Source of the DNA: Gnetum montanum
Lineage: Eukaryota; Plantae; Gnetophyta
DNA: 64,000 nucleotides
NCBI GenBank assembly: GCA_015680685.1
Contig: MNCI01002585.1
Span: 1-64,000 of the forward strand
Reading direction: 5' to 3'
The notes below the pieces were generated by a model. The model did no database searches, was not told the DNA's origin, and saw only the letters and a list, made by a program, of their open reading frames with translations. The translations under genes were made by a program, and so were the position numbers. The first letter of the stretch is position 1, and each line of letters starts with the position of its first letter. Shown here piece by piece: positions 11,949-25,564 of this stretch.

Positions 11949-14900
11949 ATTTAGCATCTTGGAATGTTCGAGGCCTTACAGATAGGCTTCGAGGTAAAAG
12001 GGCTAGCAATTTTCTCTCTAGTCTGAATACCACCTTTGATTTCATCCTTCTTCAGGAAATTAAAATTTCAGCTTCTGACTTAGAGTTTTCAACTCATAGG
12101 TTTCTTCCCCACTCCTCAGTCATAGCTACCTCCCACGAGTATGGAAAAGGTGGAGCAGCTATTCTCATTTCAGCCCATTGGAAAGACAAACTCATCCATT
12201 CCGGTTCTGATTCAAGCCAAAGAGTTTCTTGGGCTATCTTTTCCTCCTCCCATGGACCCTTTGGGGTTTGCTCTATTTATGCTCCAAATGACTCCATGGA
12301 ACGGGCTAACTTATGGCAGGAACTAACCTATTCTCTTTCTTCCGTTCCCTGGATTTTTGGCGGAGATTTTGATATGATTGAATTCCCTCATGATAAACTT
12401 GGGGGAGTCCCTTTTCGACTTCCTCCTCATGAATTTCAACCTTGGTCTGACTTTAAAAAACAATTTTATCTCCTTGATGGTGTCAAGGATAACTCAAGCA
12501 GTCCTCTCCATAGCTTTACTTGGAGTAATCTTCATCTGGGTCAGGCTCGAATATATAGCTGGCTAGATCGATTTTACTTCTCCGCACTATCCTTTTGGTA
12601 GGCAATCTCCACCACTACGGTTTACCAACATGCTACGTTATCTGACCATTATCCCATTGTCATTTCCATGCAAATCTCTGGTACTTCTCAAAGGACCAGA
12701 TTCCACCTCTTTCACCTACACTCTAATTTATTCCCTTCTCCTTCGTCTCAACAACTTCTTTCTAATCTTTGGAATGCCGAACCAGGGCCCATTGGTCAGG
12801 TGGGTTGGATCCAATGGTGGCTGCGAACCACTAGTAGGGTGAGGAACTTTTCTTGGAAGTTTGGCAAGGAAGTGGCCTCTCGTTCTAGACAAGAGTACAA
12901 CAACATTTGTTCAACTATCAATATTCTTATGGAAAGGTTATCCTTAGATCCCTTTAATACCCACATTCATGAAGAACTTGCTAAAGTTAGCTCCACTTTC
13001 CAATATTGGGAAGTCCACAAGGCCCACAGTGCCTTAATCAAAAGTAGACTTACTTGGTTGAAGATTCAAGATGAGCAATGTAAGGAATTTTTTAAATATC
13101 TTAACATCTCTCCTTCCAATCCATCCCCAGATACTCTTTCTAGGGATGGTGTTCTCATCACTGATCATGATAGTATTCTCTCTTACATTAAGGAGCACTT
13201 TGAAGCCTTGTTTATAGCTTCCCCAATGAATCTCTCATCATTTGAGGCCTCTACGCGTAACTATCCTAGGTTAGTAGACTCATCCATGTCTCACATCCTC
13301 GATGCTAATATCACTCAAGAAGAGCTTCAACATGCTTGTTTCAAACTCAGCTCTGGAAAAGCTCCTNNNNNNNNNNNNNNNNNNNNNNNNNNNNNNNNNN
13401 NNNNNNNNNNNNNNNNNNNNNNNNNNNNNNNNNNNNNNNNNNNNNNNNNNNNNNNNNNNNNNNNNNNNNNNNNNNNNNNNNNNNNNNNNNNNNNNNNNNN
13501 NNNNNNNNNNNNNNNNNNNNNNNNNNNNNNNNNNNNNNNNNNNNNNNNNNNNNNNNNNNNNNNNNNNNNNNNNNNNNNNNNNNNNNNNNNNNNNNNNNNN
13601 NNNNNNNNNNNNNNNNNNNNNNNNNNNNNNNNNNNNNNNNNNNNNNNNNNNNNNNNNNNNNNNNNNNNNNNNNNNNNNNNNNNNNNNNNNNNNNNNNNNN
13701 NNNNNNNNNNNNNNNNNNNNNNNNNNNNNNNNNNNNNNNNNNNNNNNNNNNNNNNNNNNNNNNNNNNNNNNNNNNNNNNNNNNNNNNNNNNNNNNNNNNN
13801 NNNNNNNNNNNNNNNNNNNNNNNNNNNNNNNNNNNNNNNNNNNNNNNNNNNNNNNNNNNNNNNNNNNNNNNNNNNNNNNNNNNNNNNNNNNNNNNNNNNN
13901 NNNNNNNNNNNNNNNNNNNNNNNNNNNNNNNNNNNNNNNNNNNNNNNNNNNNNNNNNNNNNNNNNNNNNNNNNNNNNNNNNNNNNNNNNNNNNNNNNNNN
14001 NNNNNNNNNNNNNNNNNNNNNNNNNNNNNNNNNNNNNNNNNNNNNNNNNNNNNNNNNNNNNNNNNNNNATTGTGGGAGCTAGTAATCTCTCGTATTTGTA
14101 AGAAAACTGAAAAGTGGAAGACTAAGCCCCTTACCTTGGCAGGAAAATATCTTGTTTTTAAATCCATTTGTGCTTCTACCCATGTCTATTATTCCTCGTG
14201 CTAGGCTCCTTCCCACACAGCCTATCAAACCTTGGAGCGGTTATTTCGAGACTTCATGTGGTCATCTAAAGATTCCCAACGAGGTTTTCATCGTGTTGCT
14301 TGGAACATTGTCACTCTTCCTAGGAATAAAGGAGGGTTAGGTCTGTTGAATTCCTACAAACAGGGACTCACCTTAGTTGCTAAGTGGTTAGTGCAACATC
14401 TGGACACCTCTGACATAATTGGAAATCTTCTCCAGCTAAGGCTTCATCAAAGTTTTCCTAAACATACGCCTTTTTGGAAAAACATCCATCCTATTAATTG
14501 GATTTTCTCTCCTCATTCTATCTCCATTCCTGGTTCCCATGTCTTCAAAAGCATATGGAAGGCTTGGCAAGTTCTCCACCATCATATTAATTGGTCTAAT
14601 ATCCATCTTAATCCTACTCTCCTTCCCATGCTTTGCCCTTGGTGGTTACCCTTGACCCCTGCCCCTCTTGCCATTACTAATGCAAGATTAGCCATTATTT
14701 GGTACCGGAAGGGAGTGATTTCCCTTAATTGTCTTCGTCTTGCTAATCAATGGATTTCTTGGGAAGCATTTGAAAACCTATATGGAGCTTCAAAAGCAAT
14801 GCGGCTTTGCTTCCACCAGATACATACATTTCTTCATCAATCATTACACCTAGATGGTGCTATCCAAGTTATATTTCATGGCCTCTATTGGTCCAATGGG

Positions 14901-15566
14901 TCAAAAATTTTTCCTTATCAGCCACATGTTCCCTTCCAATTGTTACACGATTCTTCCGAAGTCATTCTACGCTGCAATCGATCTTGGAATAAACAAGAAT
15001 CAGAGGATTTTTGGATCTCTCTTTTCAACCAAATTTGGCATCTCCCGACTCTTCCCAAAATTCAACAATTCCTTTGGTGTTTTCTTCATGAAGGTCTTCC
15101 TATCGGAAAACGTTTAGCATACCTTGGGATTCAATCCCCTAAGTGCCCTTTATGTAATGACCCTGAAACCTTTGTCCATGTTTTTTGGCTTTGCCCATTT
15201 GCCCAACATGCATGGGAATGGGCTTCTAAGGTTTTTCCCTCATGCACTCTTACACAAGAGGCCGTAATGTTTGGTCTCTTACCTACCAGGTCCACAAACT
15301 CTCATTTCCTATGGAAGCTCCTTAGGCCCATCATTTTATATAATATTTGGAAACGTAGATGTACCACACTTTTTCAAAAGACAATTATTTCAAACTCCTT
15401 ACAACTAACTACGTCAGAAAAAATGCAAATTCTTCGACATGTTCACTTCCAAATTACATCTCAAGCCCCAAAATTCAAGATGAATGCTAACCAGTTGTTT
15501 TTCTTATTGCAGCCATGGAGTCATATCAGAGATCCAAATAATCACCATCATCAAGCCTCTCTTTAG
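11945..15566 (+). pseudogene. LINE ORF2: APE endonuclease, RT (mostly inside an assembly gap), zf-RVT
   Basis: SWNVRGL, LQEIK, SIYAPN, GGDF, LDRF, SDH, GKAP, then LPRNKGGLGL and CPLCNDPETFVHVFWLCPFA. Premature stops near 12601 and 14204. Confidence 0.92.
13367..14068. other. Assembly gap (702 N)
   Basis: Run of N covering the LINE RT core. Confidence 0.99.
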
Positions 15567-16959
15567 AAGAAAGTCTCCTAATTCAGCCACAGTTTTCTAC
15601 ACCATTTGGCCTTTTTCCTCTTTCTTCCATTTTTGTTCTCATTCGACAATCCACACCTTGGAAAAGATACACACATTTCAGCGAATGGTTGATCTCTGGA
15701 TTGCATCTCCACACCCTGTGGAATGCTAAGTTAACATGTTTCCTCTATATTAGTCTCAGTCAACACAGTTTCTCTTCCCCCCTTCCTCAATCTATAAGTA
15801 TTGAAGTAGCTTATGTACTAAATTTTTTTTTCTATTAATAAAATTCTCTTTTTGGGGTCCGACACCCCCCCTAATTTACCCTTAAAACAAGGTCTCTTAC
15901 TGAGAAATCCCTTGGCTGGAGATGTTTATGGTAAGCATTCTTAATTCGTTGTGGGTACTGAGTGGTGTGGTTAAAGACTTGCCATCTCTTTTCTTCTAAA
16001 AATTTGAGTTGCTCTAGCCTTGCCTTTTTTGTACTATTTGTCTTTGAGATCCTTGTGGGTGAGGATTTTCAAGCTTGGAATTTGGATTTTTATGGGAAGG
16101 AAAACTTTGGCTTCAAAAGTGAATGAAAAGTGCTTGCATTAATTGTTATATTGGCAAAGGCTTGGTCTACCCAAAGGATGTGAGGGAGGTTTTAATGGTA
16201 ATTTCTTAGAAGATCCTTCATAGCCTTTTTTAGTAGTTTGATGATTTTCTTATTAATGAATTCAGCCTATCTATCTACTTGAGGGTAATGCAGACTTGAG
16301 AAAGAATGCTTACCTTGTATTACCCTATGAAAGCTCTCATTTTTCGGAACTTAAATTGAGGCCCATTATCACTAACTAATCTATAAGGTAACTCAAATAT
16401 GGAAAAAATGTTTTCTATTAAGAACTTTGTCACTTGTTTAGTAGTGATCTTCCTCATGGATACGACTTCCACTCATTTAGTAAAGTATTCGATTATGACC
16501 AAGATATATTGATGAGAGACTAAAGATGATGGATTGATAGGCTTGATAAAGTTGAGGTTCCATTGCTTGAAGAGTCATATTGTATCTATACAATGAAACT
16601 TTGATGCTAGCCATTTGATGAATGAGCTATGAAGTTAGCATTATTTGCAACCCCAAGAGTACCTAAAATAGTCTTTGACTAGATTTCTCCAGAAGTACTC
16701 CAACCTTATTTGGTGAGTCATAAAGGACTTAGCTCCAAGATGATTACCACATAGGCCCTTGTGAGCTTCTCTTAATACTTTGACAACTTTCTTAATATTT
16801 CAAGCATCATAAAAGAGGCTCCTCAAATGATGATAGTATAATGTTACACTTGCAAATCGAAGGTCTTTTATCTTGATTTGGCTAATCCTTCTAGGAGTAT
16901 GCCTATGATTAAGATTTTTTTCATGTTGACATACTAGGCATCATGCTCTTACTATTATA

Positions 16960-17596
16960 GCTAACTCAAAAGCTGAGATGGTGTAACTTCTTCCATGTCA
17001 CTTGGAACAAGAACTAGAAATGAACACATTTTAAAGTTTGAGGTAGGCTATAATACTACCCCATAGCATCATCTACAACAATTCCGTGATGCTTGTATGC
17101 TAAAAACTATTAAAAATGATTGGTAGAAACTTAAGTTATTTTTAAGAATACTAATCAAATAAGTAGAAAGTTGGTATGGATCTTTAGAATCAATCTCTAT
17201 CTATTAATGGAATGCATGGCTATAAAATTTTAATGAAAAGTGCCAAACCTACTCAAGAATGTTAAATATGAGAAAAAAATCCAAGGATGTAAAGAAGGAA
17301 GCATGAGTCTCTTGGTGCAACCATGGGTAGATATTATTCACTCTTGCATAGATTACTAGGGTATGTTTTTTCTCAAAAGAAACAACTCAGGGTATATAAT
17401 TGATGGGTTAAGAAATAAAACAAGAGAGACCTTTATGATCTATGCCTAGGGGAGGTTGTTTGAAATGTGATCTTGTCGTACAAAAATATTGATTTATTAG
17501 CTCAATAAGAAAGAAGAAGAACCAATAAAGATAAAATCTATAGAGGATTATAACAAGGATCCATTTTTTCATAAAAGAGATGTTTGAGTCTATGAG
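16960..17596 (+). pseudogene. Athila-like gag remnant
   Basis: ttccgtgatgcttgtatg...gattggtagaaacttaagttattt resembles the gag at ~59680-59740 (FHDACVWK...WKKLKLF). Confidence 0.6.
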
Positions 17597-18821
17597 TGAT
17601 GAGTCATTCAGTGGCATTTTGTAAGTCCATTGTAATCCTTGGAGTTGGGAAGTATTTTACATGTCCTATGTTTGTAGTTTTAGCATGTGTAGTTGAGGTT
17701 TCTACCTTCTAGGTTTGCATATGTGCCTCCTATGTTACACTTCTAGGTTTTGGGCATGTTCCAAGTTTCTTAGGATGTTTTTAGCTTTATTCGAGCATCT
17801 TAGGATCTTATCAACATGTTCCTTGATGTTTCGGCTTTCATCTAGAATTGGTGATTGAAACTGTGATTTGGGAGAGGGATGTACTAACTACCTTACATTA
17901 GCACAACCCTTTGCATCAATGCATGGGGCATTGACACATCCCCTACTAGGCTTGGTTTGGCCCACTTCACCCAATGTGTGACTTGAGCTAGCCTAGACTA
18001 CATTGACAAATCTTTGTTGATGCCTCAGTAGTGGCAAAAACTATAAATACCTAGGATGAGTTGTCACATATGAAAATTTATAACATAGACATTTCATTTA
18101 GCTTTTGACATCCTATTTATGTGAAGAGATCTTCTTCCCTTAGGTAAGTTAATTTCCTTCTTATCTTGTGTGTTTATTTTGAATCATTGGTCCCACAAGT
18201 GTGGCTAGATTTTATTAGAGTGCCATCTTACTTACAAAACATAGAACTATTTGGTCAATGTGGATTCTAGTATTTTCATAGTGAATAAAACTCATGATTT
18301 TTACCTTTATTCTACTATTGATACCTTTAACATTAAAAAAATCAAAGTATTTATTTAATTTCCATTTCATCAATTGTATTGATTCATCCTTATCTAAGGA
18401 GATTACAACTATATAACTTAGTTTTGGGATACGAAGGTTGTGACTAAGAGCCATTTATTAATTTCTATATGTGGTGCTATACCTATCTCATAAGGGATTG
18501 TGACATGCATGAATGATTGTAAACATTGTGCCTATTCCTATGAGGGATTGTAATGCATGTGTGTTTATTATTATTTTATTCTTATATACATAAAAGACAT
18601 GAAAATCATAAAATATAAAATTATAAATATTCTTTCTATTATCTACCATGGCAACACAGTTTTTCCATTGTATGATAATCTATTTTATATTTGTTAAACA
18701 CATTGATATACATGAGTATTCTTCACAATCCACTCAACATCATCTTCAAAGGTTATGATTAGATTGAATTGTATTTTAAATGATAGAATCCCATTGGTCA
18801 TGGTCAATGGGACCCTTATCA
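17597..18821 (+). mobile_element. Athila-like 5' LTR, family A (~1.2 kb)
   Basis: TGATGAGTCAT...CCTTATCA with TATAAATA near 18042; homologous to 47974-49253 and 49428-50629. It is followed by TGGCACCATTGCTAAGGA, a decayed tRNA-Asp-type PBS (TGGCGCCGTTGCCGGGGA). Confidence 0.8.
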
Positions 18822-18822
18822 T

Positions 18823-20358
18823 TGGCACCATTGCTAAGGAATTTATTGACGAATTACCCAAAAATACTTGTACAATTTTCATCTTAACATTTTTTTAACT
18901 GAAGTGTATGTTTCTTTAGCATTGTGTGTAAGTTTCAAACACAAATGATATGGTGGATAATGATGCTCAAAGCCCACCAAGGATCTCTAGTGGAGGAGAT
19001 GTGGAAAAATGAAGGATGGCTACCATCACATTTAAATACTTGTAGGATGCAATCCTACCATTGCTTGTTTTGGATTATCATCAAGATAAGCAAAGGAGGT
19101 GGCATGACATTCATGAATGATTCTCTAAGGGATCAGTTGAGGTTGTAGCATAAAATCTTAAAGAGGCCTTGATCAATATTTGGCTAGAAGATAATCATGT
19201 ATTCTACGTAGCTCATGAGCTAGTGTATGATAAATATGAACCTTTATATAAGCAAGAACTTTGAGATTGAATGACGGAAGAGGAGGCTCATCGTAGCTTT
19301 TCATCTAACCATTTAGTTAGAGAGGAGGATGATAAGTAGCCAAGAAAGGAAAAGGACCAATTTTTCATGAAGGCTCATGATTAAGAACGACTAATCAAAG
19401 GGCACCCAAAATCCATGACGATGATCTTCTTCCTATATTCTAGCATTTGCACTTTTCTAGATCATCCAGTGATGATGATGCTCCTTTGTTTGATTGGAAT
19501 GACTATCATGAACTTAAGAAAGCTATAAATATTCCATGGAGGCATGTTCATGATAGTCATATTAAATAAATCAACATGGATACTAGTCTAACATATAGAG
19601 GATTTACCAACAATGATCCCTAACTCTACATGTAAGCATTTGATAATGCTTATTATCTTTAGGAAATTATTAGTGATTGGTAGAAATTGTAGTTATTTTT
19701 CTACATTTTCGTTGAGCATGTAGAAACCTAGTACAAGTTTACCTCTAAAATCAATTCAAAAATGGTCATGCATAATTCAAATCTTTTACACCAAAATTTA
19801 AACCTATGATTATATCTAAAACATCTAGAAGGAGATAGTTAGATGGAGACTAGGAGCCCATGAACTGCTAGACATTGCCATGGAGAAGTTCATGAAAAGT
19901 AACCACTATTATCCAAATTATGGCTTTAGCCAAAGAGAGTAGTTCTTGCATATTGTGAAAGGCTTGATGTAGAAAATAAGGAAGCATGTAGACATGTATT
20001 GATGAGCTAGATATACAAAAAATGTGTCATTGAAATCAAAGTGCACTTTGACACTATTGCAAGCATAGAAGTTGAATCGTGAAAGTGATAATCAACCAAG
20101 GAATATAATCAAAAACCTATGTGCATAAAGAAGATAAAAAATATTGAAGGTGCATACAAACCTCCCATTGTAATCAAGGCCTTGGTACAAGATCAAATCA
20201 TAACTAAAATGACCTTGACAAACATGGCCCATAAGGTGGACTAGGTGTGGGAAATGATGAATGAAAGATCACCACTACCTTTAAAAACATTAAGGGTAAT
20301 AAGGTTGAAATTCTGATCAAATTGATTGCACCACTTGAACATAGAAAGAAGCATGAAG
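18823..20358 (+). pseudogene. Family A PBS and heavily degenerate gag
   Basis: Colinear similarity with 50630-52160 and, at its 3' end, with 26150-26445. Confidence 0.7.
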
Positions 20359-22062
20359 GAAACAGAAAAAGAATTATTAGCTATTATATATGCTCTAGAT
20401 AAATTTAGACATTACTTAATAGGATATAAAACTAGAGTATATACTGATCATTTAGGCATTAAATTCTTAGCTACTAAGAAAATAGAAAATGCAAAGATAA
20501 TGAGATTGTGCTTATTACTTCAAAAATTTGACCTTGATATTTTAGATAAAAGAGGTAGGGAAAATATAATAGCAGATAATCTTTTAAGGCTAGAAACTAC
20601 TAATGAGAATTGAACATAAGAAGTCTTTCATGATGAATTTCTTGATGAATAACTTTTTTCTATAAGAAAGGATCCTTGGGTTGTTGATATAGCCAACTAT
20701 CTAGTCACTATGAAAACTCCTACGAATTGGACTAAGGAAGAAAAGAAATCTTTCTTAAGCATCATATCTAGGTACATTTGGAGTAGTTTGTGTCTCTATT
20801 GAATATGTAAAGATAACATAGCAAGAAGATATGTGGTTGAGAATGAACAACAAGAAATTCTACAAATATGCCATGATGATTTAGGGGATGGCCACTTTGA
20901 TAGAAAATGTACTACTATCAAAATCTTTCAAAATGGATTTTATTGGCCCTCAATTTTTAAAGATGCACTTAAGTATGTGCAAGAATGTGATAAATGTCAA
21001 TGAATGGGAGCCATAACAAAAAGACATGAAATGCCCTTAAAACCAATTTTAAGAATAGAACCATTTGATGTATGGGATATAGACTTTCTAGGACAATTTC
21101 CACCATCTAATGGATGTCAATACATTTTGGTTTATATCGACTATGTCACCAAATGGGTAGAAGCAAAATCCACCCCAACAAATGATGTTAATGTAGTTGT
21201 AGCATTTCTTAGGGAAAATATTTTGACATGCTTTGGAACTCCACAAGTGATCATTAGTGATCAAGGAATTCATTTCGTAAATAAAATAATGGAAATATTT
21301 CTTAAGTCTTGTGGAATCCAACATAAGATAACTATTGCCTATCATCCTCAAACAAATGACCAAGTTGAGAATGTTAATAGAATTATCTTAAATATATTAA
21401 GAAAATATATATGTACTAAATGGAAGGGTTTGTCTAAAAAATTGCAGGATGCACTTTGGGCATATCAGATTACCTATAAACCAAGTTTAGGATATTCTCC
21501 TTATTAATTGATTAATGGTAAGTTATGTTTATTACCTGTTGAACTTAAACATCAATATTTATAGTTAGCCTAACAACTTAATTTTGATGAAGATATGAAC
21601 CAATCCTCTCGAATCAATTAACTTTAGGAACTTGACGAAATGAGGCTACATGCTCTTGACAAGCAAAAAATTGTAAAGAAACAAATGAAGACATTACATG
21701 ATAAGAGTATTTTAAAAAAACACTTTTCCATAGGTGATAGATTTCTTCTCTACAATATGAGATTACATAAGTTTCTAGGGAAGTTAACAACTAGGTGGGA
21801 AGGCCCTTATTTAGTTGTCAAACCTCATGATAATGGAAGTGTTCTCATATCACCTATTGATGATTCCTCAACTACATTCCTAGTCAATGGACAAAGGCTT
21901 AGGTTATATTATCAACATCACATTGAGGAACCTAAAGAAGATGAACTAGTAGAGCTAAGTGATCCAACTTATCTCATTACTAATGAATTACATGACATCA
22001 ATCAATTAGAAGTCTTAGCTCTCAAATGTAACCTTCAACAAGACTCTTATGTCATAAATTAA
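20359..22062 (+). pseudogene. Athila-type RNase H C-terminus and integrase
   Basis: TEKELLAIIYALDKFRHYL, FDVWDIDFLGQFPPS, DYVTKWVEA, IISDQG, YHPQTNDQVE and KLTTRWEGPY. Confidence 0.92.
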
Positions 22063-24116
22063 TAAAGAAAGTATTTACAATCTATAACTTTTACCTTGAA
22101 AAATGTAGAGGATAATAGTATCTTTTATTGTTAGTTGGAACTTTCAAGAATTCATTTACATCATGTTTAGAATGTAGAGGAGAAGGATAACTCCTCCTAC
22201 CTTGAGATAGGTAGGTTTAAATCCAAAATCCAACTAAGGGTGAGCCTTAGATTAATAAGTTTTTTACACATAACAAACTTCATTGTTTTAAACAATATTC
22301 TTTAAGTACAATGTTCATAAGTCAGGGTGCCTAAATAGCTCAGTTTAGGGTAATGCTTATTAGGTTTGGTTTCTATTAGATACCTACTTTGATGAGTCAC
22401 TAAGGTGGAACGGGTGTGTTATATTAGACCTATTTTCTCTAATGGTAAAGGCATCTATTGATATCAAGTAAAATCAGTGCCATGTGAGCAATCCTTACAA
22501 AATGAATTTGGCTCCCATGAGAACCTCATGATTGAAGTTGGTCAGATATTAAATTTCTTGCCAAAAAAAAAGNCAGAGTGTTCAAGAGTTAGGCAACGAT
22601 CATTGATCAAATAATGATGCCACTAGCTTAGAACTAGGGTATAACACTAGCAGCAAAAGAGTGACTCCTCCATAGTCAGTATCTTAATGAACATCTTTAA
22701 TTCTAATAATTCCTATTACTTTATTATTTAGTTACTTTGCTTTTGCTTCTTTGTACTTCTCAGAGTATTGTTTTCTTTTTGGTTTTGTTTTTAGCTTGTT
22801 TTTAACTTTTGCTATTCCTCTTTTTCATTTTTTTGAGTTATCTTCCTATTTTTCTTTTGCATGGTTATCGCTTATGACTAGTGATACTTTTGTGCATGGG
22901 TTTTCTTTATGTTTCTAATCATGTCTTCCATAGACGTTAATGATCAAGATCCCTACTATGGTGGCCAATGATGGATACTAACACTCGTTCACCCATTGCA
23001 TTTGGTACCCTCTTAGTCATCTAGATATATAAAACCCAGGGTAATTATTGCTTTTGGTATATCCTTTAACCATGTTTTCTTTTAATAATTTATATTTGCT
23101 AATTAACCTAGGCATGTTAATTAATAAGAAAAATCAACCAATTAATAAATGATATGATAGTAGGGTATAACCAACTTGGAAGCTAGGCGAAGAACAAGTT
23201 AGGGAGTGAGTTAGATGTAAGTAATGCATCTTAGATCTTTAAATCATAAGAAAGGTTTAAACCTTGAGTTTATAAGACATTCTTACACTTAATGGAGTAG
23301 ACCGTATGAGATGATGTTAAGCTTCATTAATTCAAGATAGGGCCTTCCTAACTGAGTTATATGTGGACTCATATCCAATAATAAGAATTTATTATCGATA
23401 GAAGAATAAAGATATGTACATAATTAGCAAATAAATATTTGGACATTTGGACAATGGAAAAGTTCAATTTTTGTTTTGTCATGATGTTGGATAATGAACG
23501 TTAATGATCTTTTTCTTGTTAAATGTCTACATGTTCTTAATATCTTAAATTTTGGATAGCCTAAAAGAATATCTTAGAATAGCAGTAGCATAATTTTATT
23601 TTATTTACAGTTGTGCATCTATTAATGTTTATTTTATTTTCACCTTTATAGCTAGGCATTAGCTAAAGGCTAGTCGAGGGCTATGTTAAAACCCAAATTG
23701 GTACAATTTTTAAATAAGCATCCTTGTCAAATTCATGCATTTCAATTAATTTTATTTTGTAATACATATAATTAATTATTTAATTAGTGTTAAATTAATG
23801 ATTATTTTAGTTAATTGTATTACAGTTTATAGTTGATATTATTATAGTATAATTTTAAGTAGTTTTTATATTGGTAGTTTAACTAGGTTTATATATAAAC
23901 TATATAGCTGTTATATGTATATTATAATTAGGGCAACAATAGCACTACATGCACTTCATTTGCTGCTCATGACGGGATGCTGCTTCTGCTGCTCCTGTCA
24001 CGTGGCATTCGTTGGCCATGACGGTCTGGAGCTGGTGGTCACATGGGGAACTGACATCACCAATACAAGTCACTAGAGGCTCTAGGAGTGGCTCCATGAC
24101 TCGGCTACGTCGGCAT

Positions 24117-25336
24117 CCAAACCATACAAATAATTCAATTTAATTCTGGGTGAATGGTGGAACACATACATTGAAGAACTTGTGAATAATGCAATGAAGA
24201 AAGGTGTGGCACCCAATATCCCGGACACCCACACCATCAATGGCAAGCTGGCCAATTCTTCATGTGCCCTGTGATAGACACATTTGTGATGAGGGTGCAG
24301 CGAGGCCGAAACTACCTTCTCAGAATCATGAATGCAGCACTCAACGCCGAGCTCTTCTTCACAGTGTCAGACCACACTCTCAAAGTCAGAAATTGATGCA
24401 GTCTACATCAAATCCTTTAACACAAACACCATAATCATAGCCCAGGCCAAACCACAAACGTAATTCTGCATGCTAAGAACTGCTCGAGAGGTTCCTTTTC
24501 ATGACAACCAGGTCCTTCATGAACGCACCCATAGCCATTGACTGAAAAGCTGCAACAGCAATCCTGCAATACAAAGCTCATAAAAGCCTCTCCAAAACCA
24601 CCACATCCACAATGCCATTGCTGGCAAAGCTTCCAACTGTCAACGATTTCAGCTTCATGCAGACCTTTTCAAGCCACCTCAGAAGCCTTAATTCAGTGCA
24701 GTATCCAGCCAAGGTACCGTAGAAAATCAAGTAGCACTGATTTTTCAGTGGAATTAGCCCTAGAGACCTGCCCTAGCTGCTGGCAAGGCATGCGAGCATC
24801 GGCAGCGGTGAACAATATAAGCTTCCACGTGCCGACCATGTCGTTGTTGTAGGCACATTTCTTCAATATTTTTGGCATCTTCACCGCTGATTTTCTCGAC
24901 AATCCTCCCTAGATATTCAATTTCACGGGCACCCCTCCGCAGGGGCTCATGGCAGCCAAGGGAACGAGGCTCAGCAAACTTTCATTCAGCTCCACAGTGG
25001 AGCTTGCTCTGCAGGACACTAGCATTTTGAGTGTGGACAGCCATCCCATCCATCTGCATGGATTTAATTTCTTTATGGTGAGCTCTGGAGTGGGTAATTT
25101 TTATGCCAATAGAGATCCCCAAAGGTTTAATTTGGTTGATCCACCAGAACGGAATACTGTGAATGTTCCAACGGGAGGATGGAGTGCGATCCGGTTCAGG
25201 GCAGATCATCCTGGAGTTTGGTTCATGCATTGTCATCTCTTGCTGCATACGACTTGGGGTCTGAAGATGGATTTTTTTGTAGGTAATGGCTATGGGCCAG
25301 ACCAGTCTCTACTTCCTCCTCCTGATCTACCCAGCA
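24117..25336 (+). pseudogene. LAC: Processed (intronless), 5'-truncated laccase pseudogene, LAC4/LAC11-like
   Basis: PYK*FNLILGEWWN...[47 protein letters not shown] and [21 protein letters not shown]...SLLPPPDLP. It has frameshifts and stops, and cupredoxin domain 1 is absent. Confidence 0.93.
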
Positions 25337-25564
25337 AAAGCCCTGTTTTGTTACATTTACTACGTCGTGACGTTGAAGGCGTTAGCAGAGCCAGCTAGTC
25401 ATCTTCTTGCGGAATATCCAAGGAAGATCAATGCGTACATGGAGCATCATGCACTAGGAAGATGTGTCTTCTAAAGATTCCAACAAACTTGGCAATTTGC
25501 ATTGATTATAATTTATTTTTCAAAACCCACCTATTATTAAAATGATTATTTTTAAACATTGTTA

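Larger units (their letters stand above)
10075..15870 (+). mobile_element. Full-length L1-clade LINE (~5.8 kb) with 18-bp target-site duplication
   Basis: CTAATTTACCCTTAAAAC at 10057-10074 and 15871-15888; ORF1 and ORF2 lie between the two copies. Confidence 0.93.
9900..16950 (-). mobile_element. Degenerate Tat-type gypsy integrase remnant, split by the LINE
   Basis: The minus strand gives YILVIIEYFTK*VEVV (~16460-16510) and AEFINKKIIKLLKK (~16225-16265). Removing the LINE and one TSD copy restores HKHLQPRDFSVRDLVLRVN*IESRGKFSLN*LGPFIV...TYKLQDL, a GPY/F motif. Confidence 0.8.

Noticed and set aside
13280-14204. Long ORFs spanning the N run
   Set aside because: Artefacts of the assembly gap.
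24949-25398. Functional laccase gene
   Set aside because: No signal peptide or first cupredoxin domain, upstream frameshifts and stops, and no introns.
25400-25475. CCCH zinc-finger-like fragment (QCVHGASCTRKMC)
   Set aside because: Too short and lacks the terminal His; it cannot be told apart from chance.
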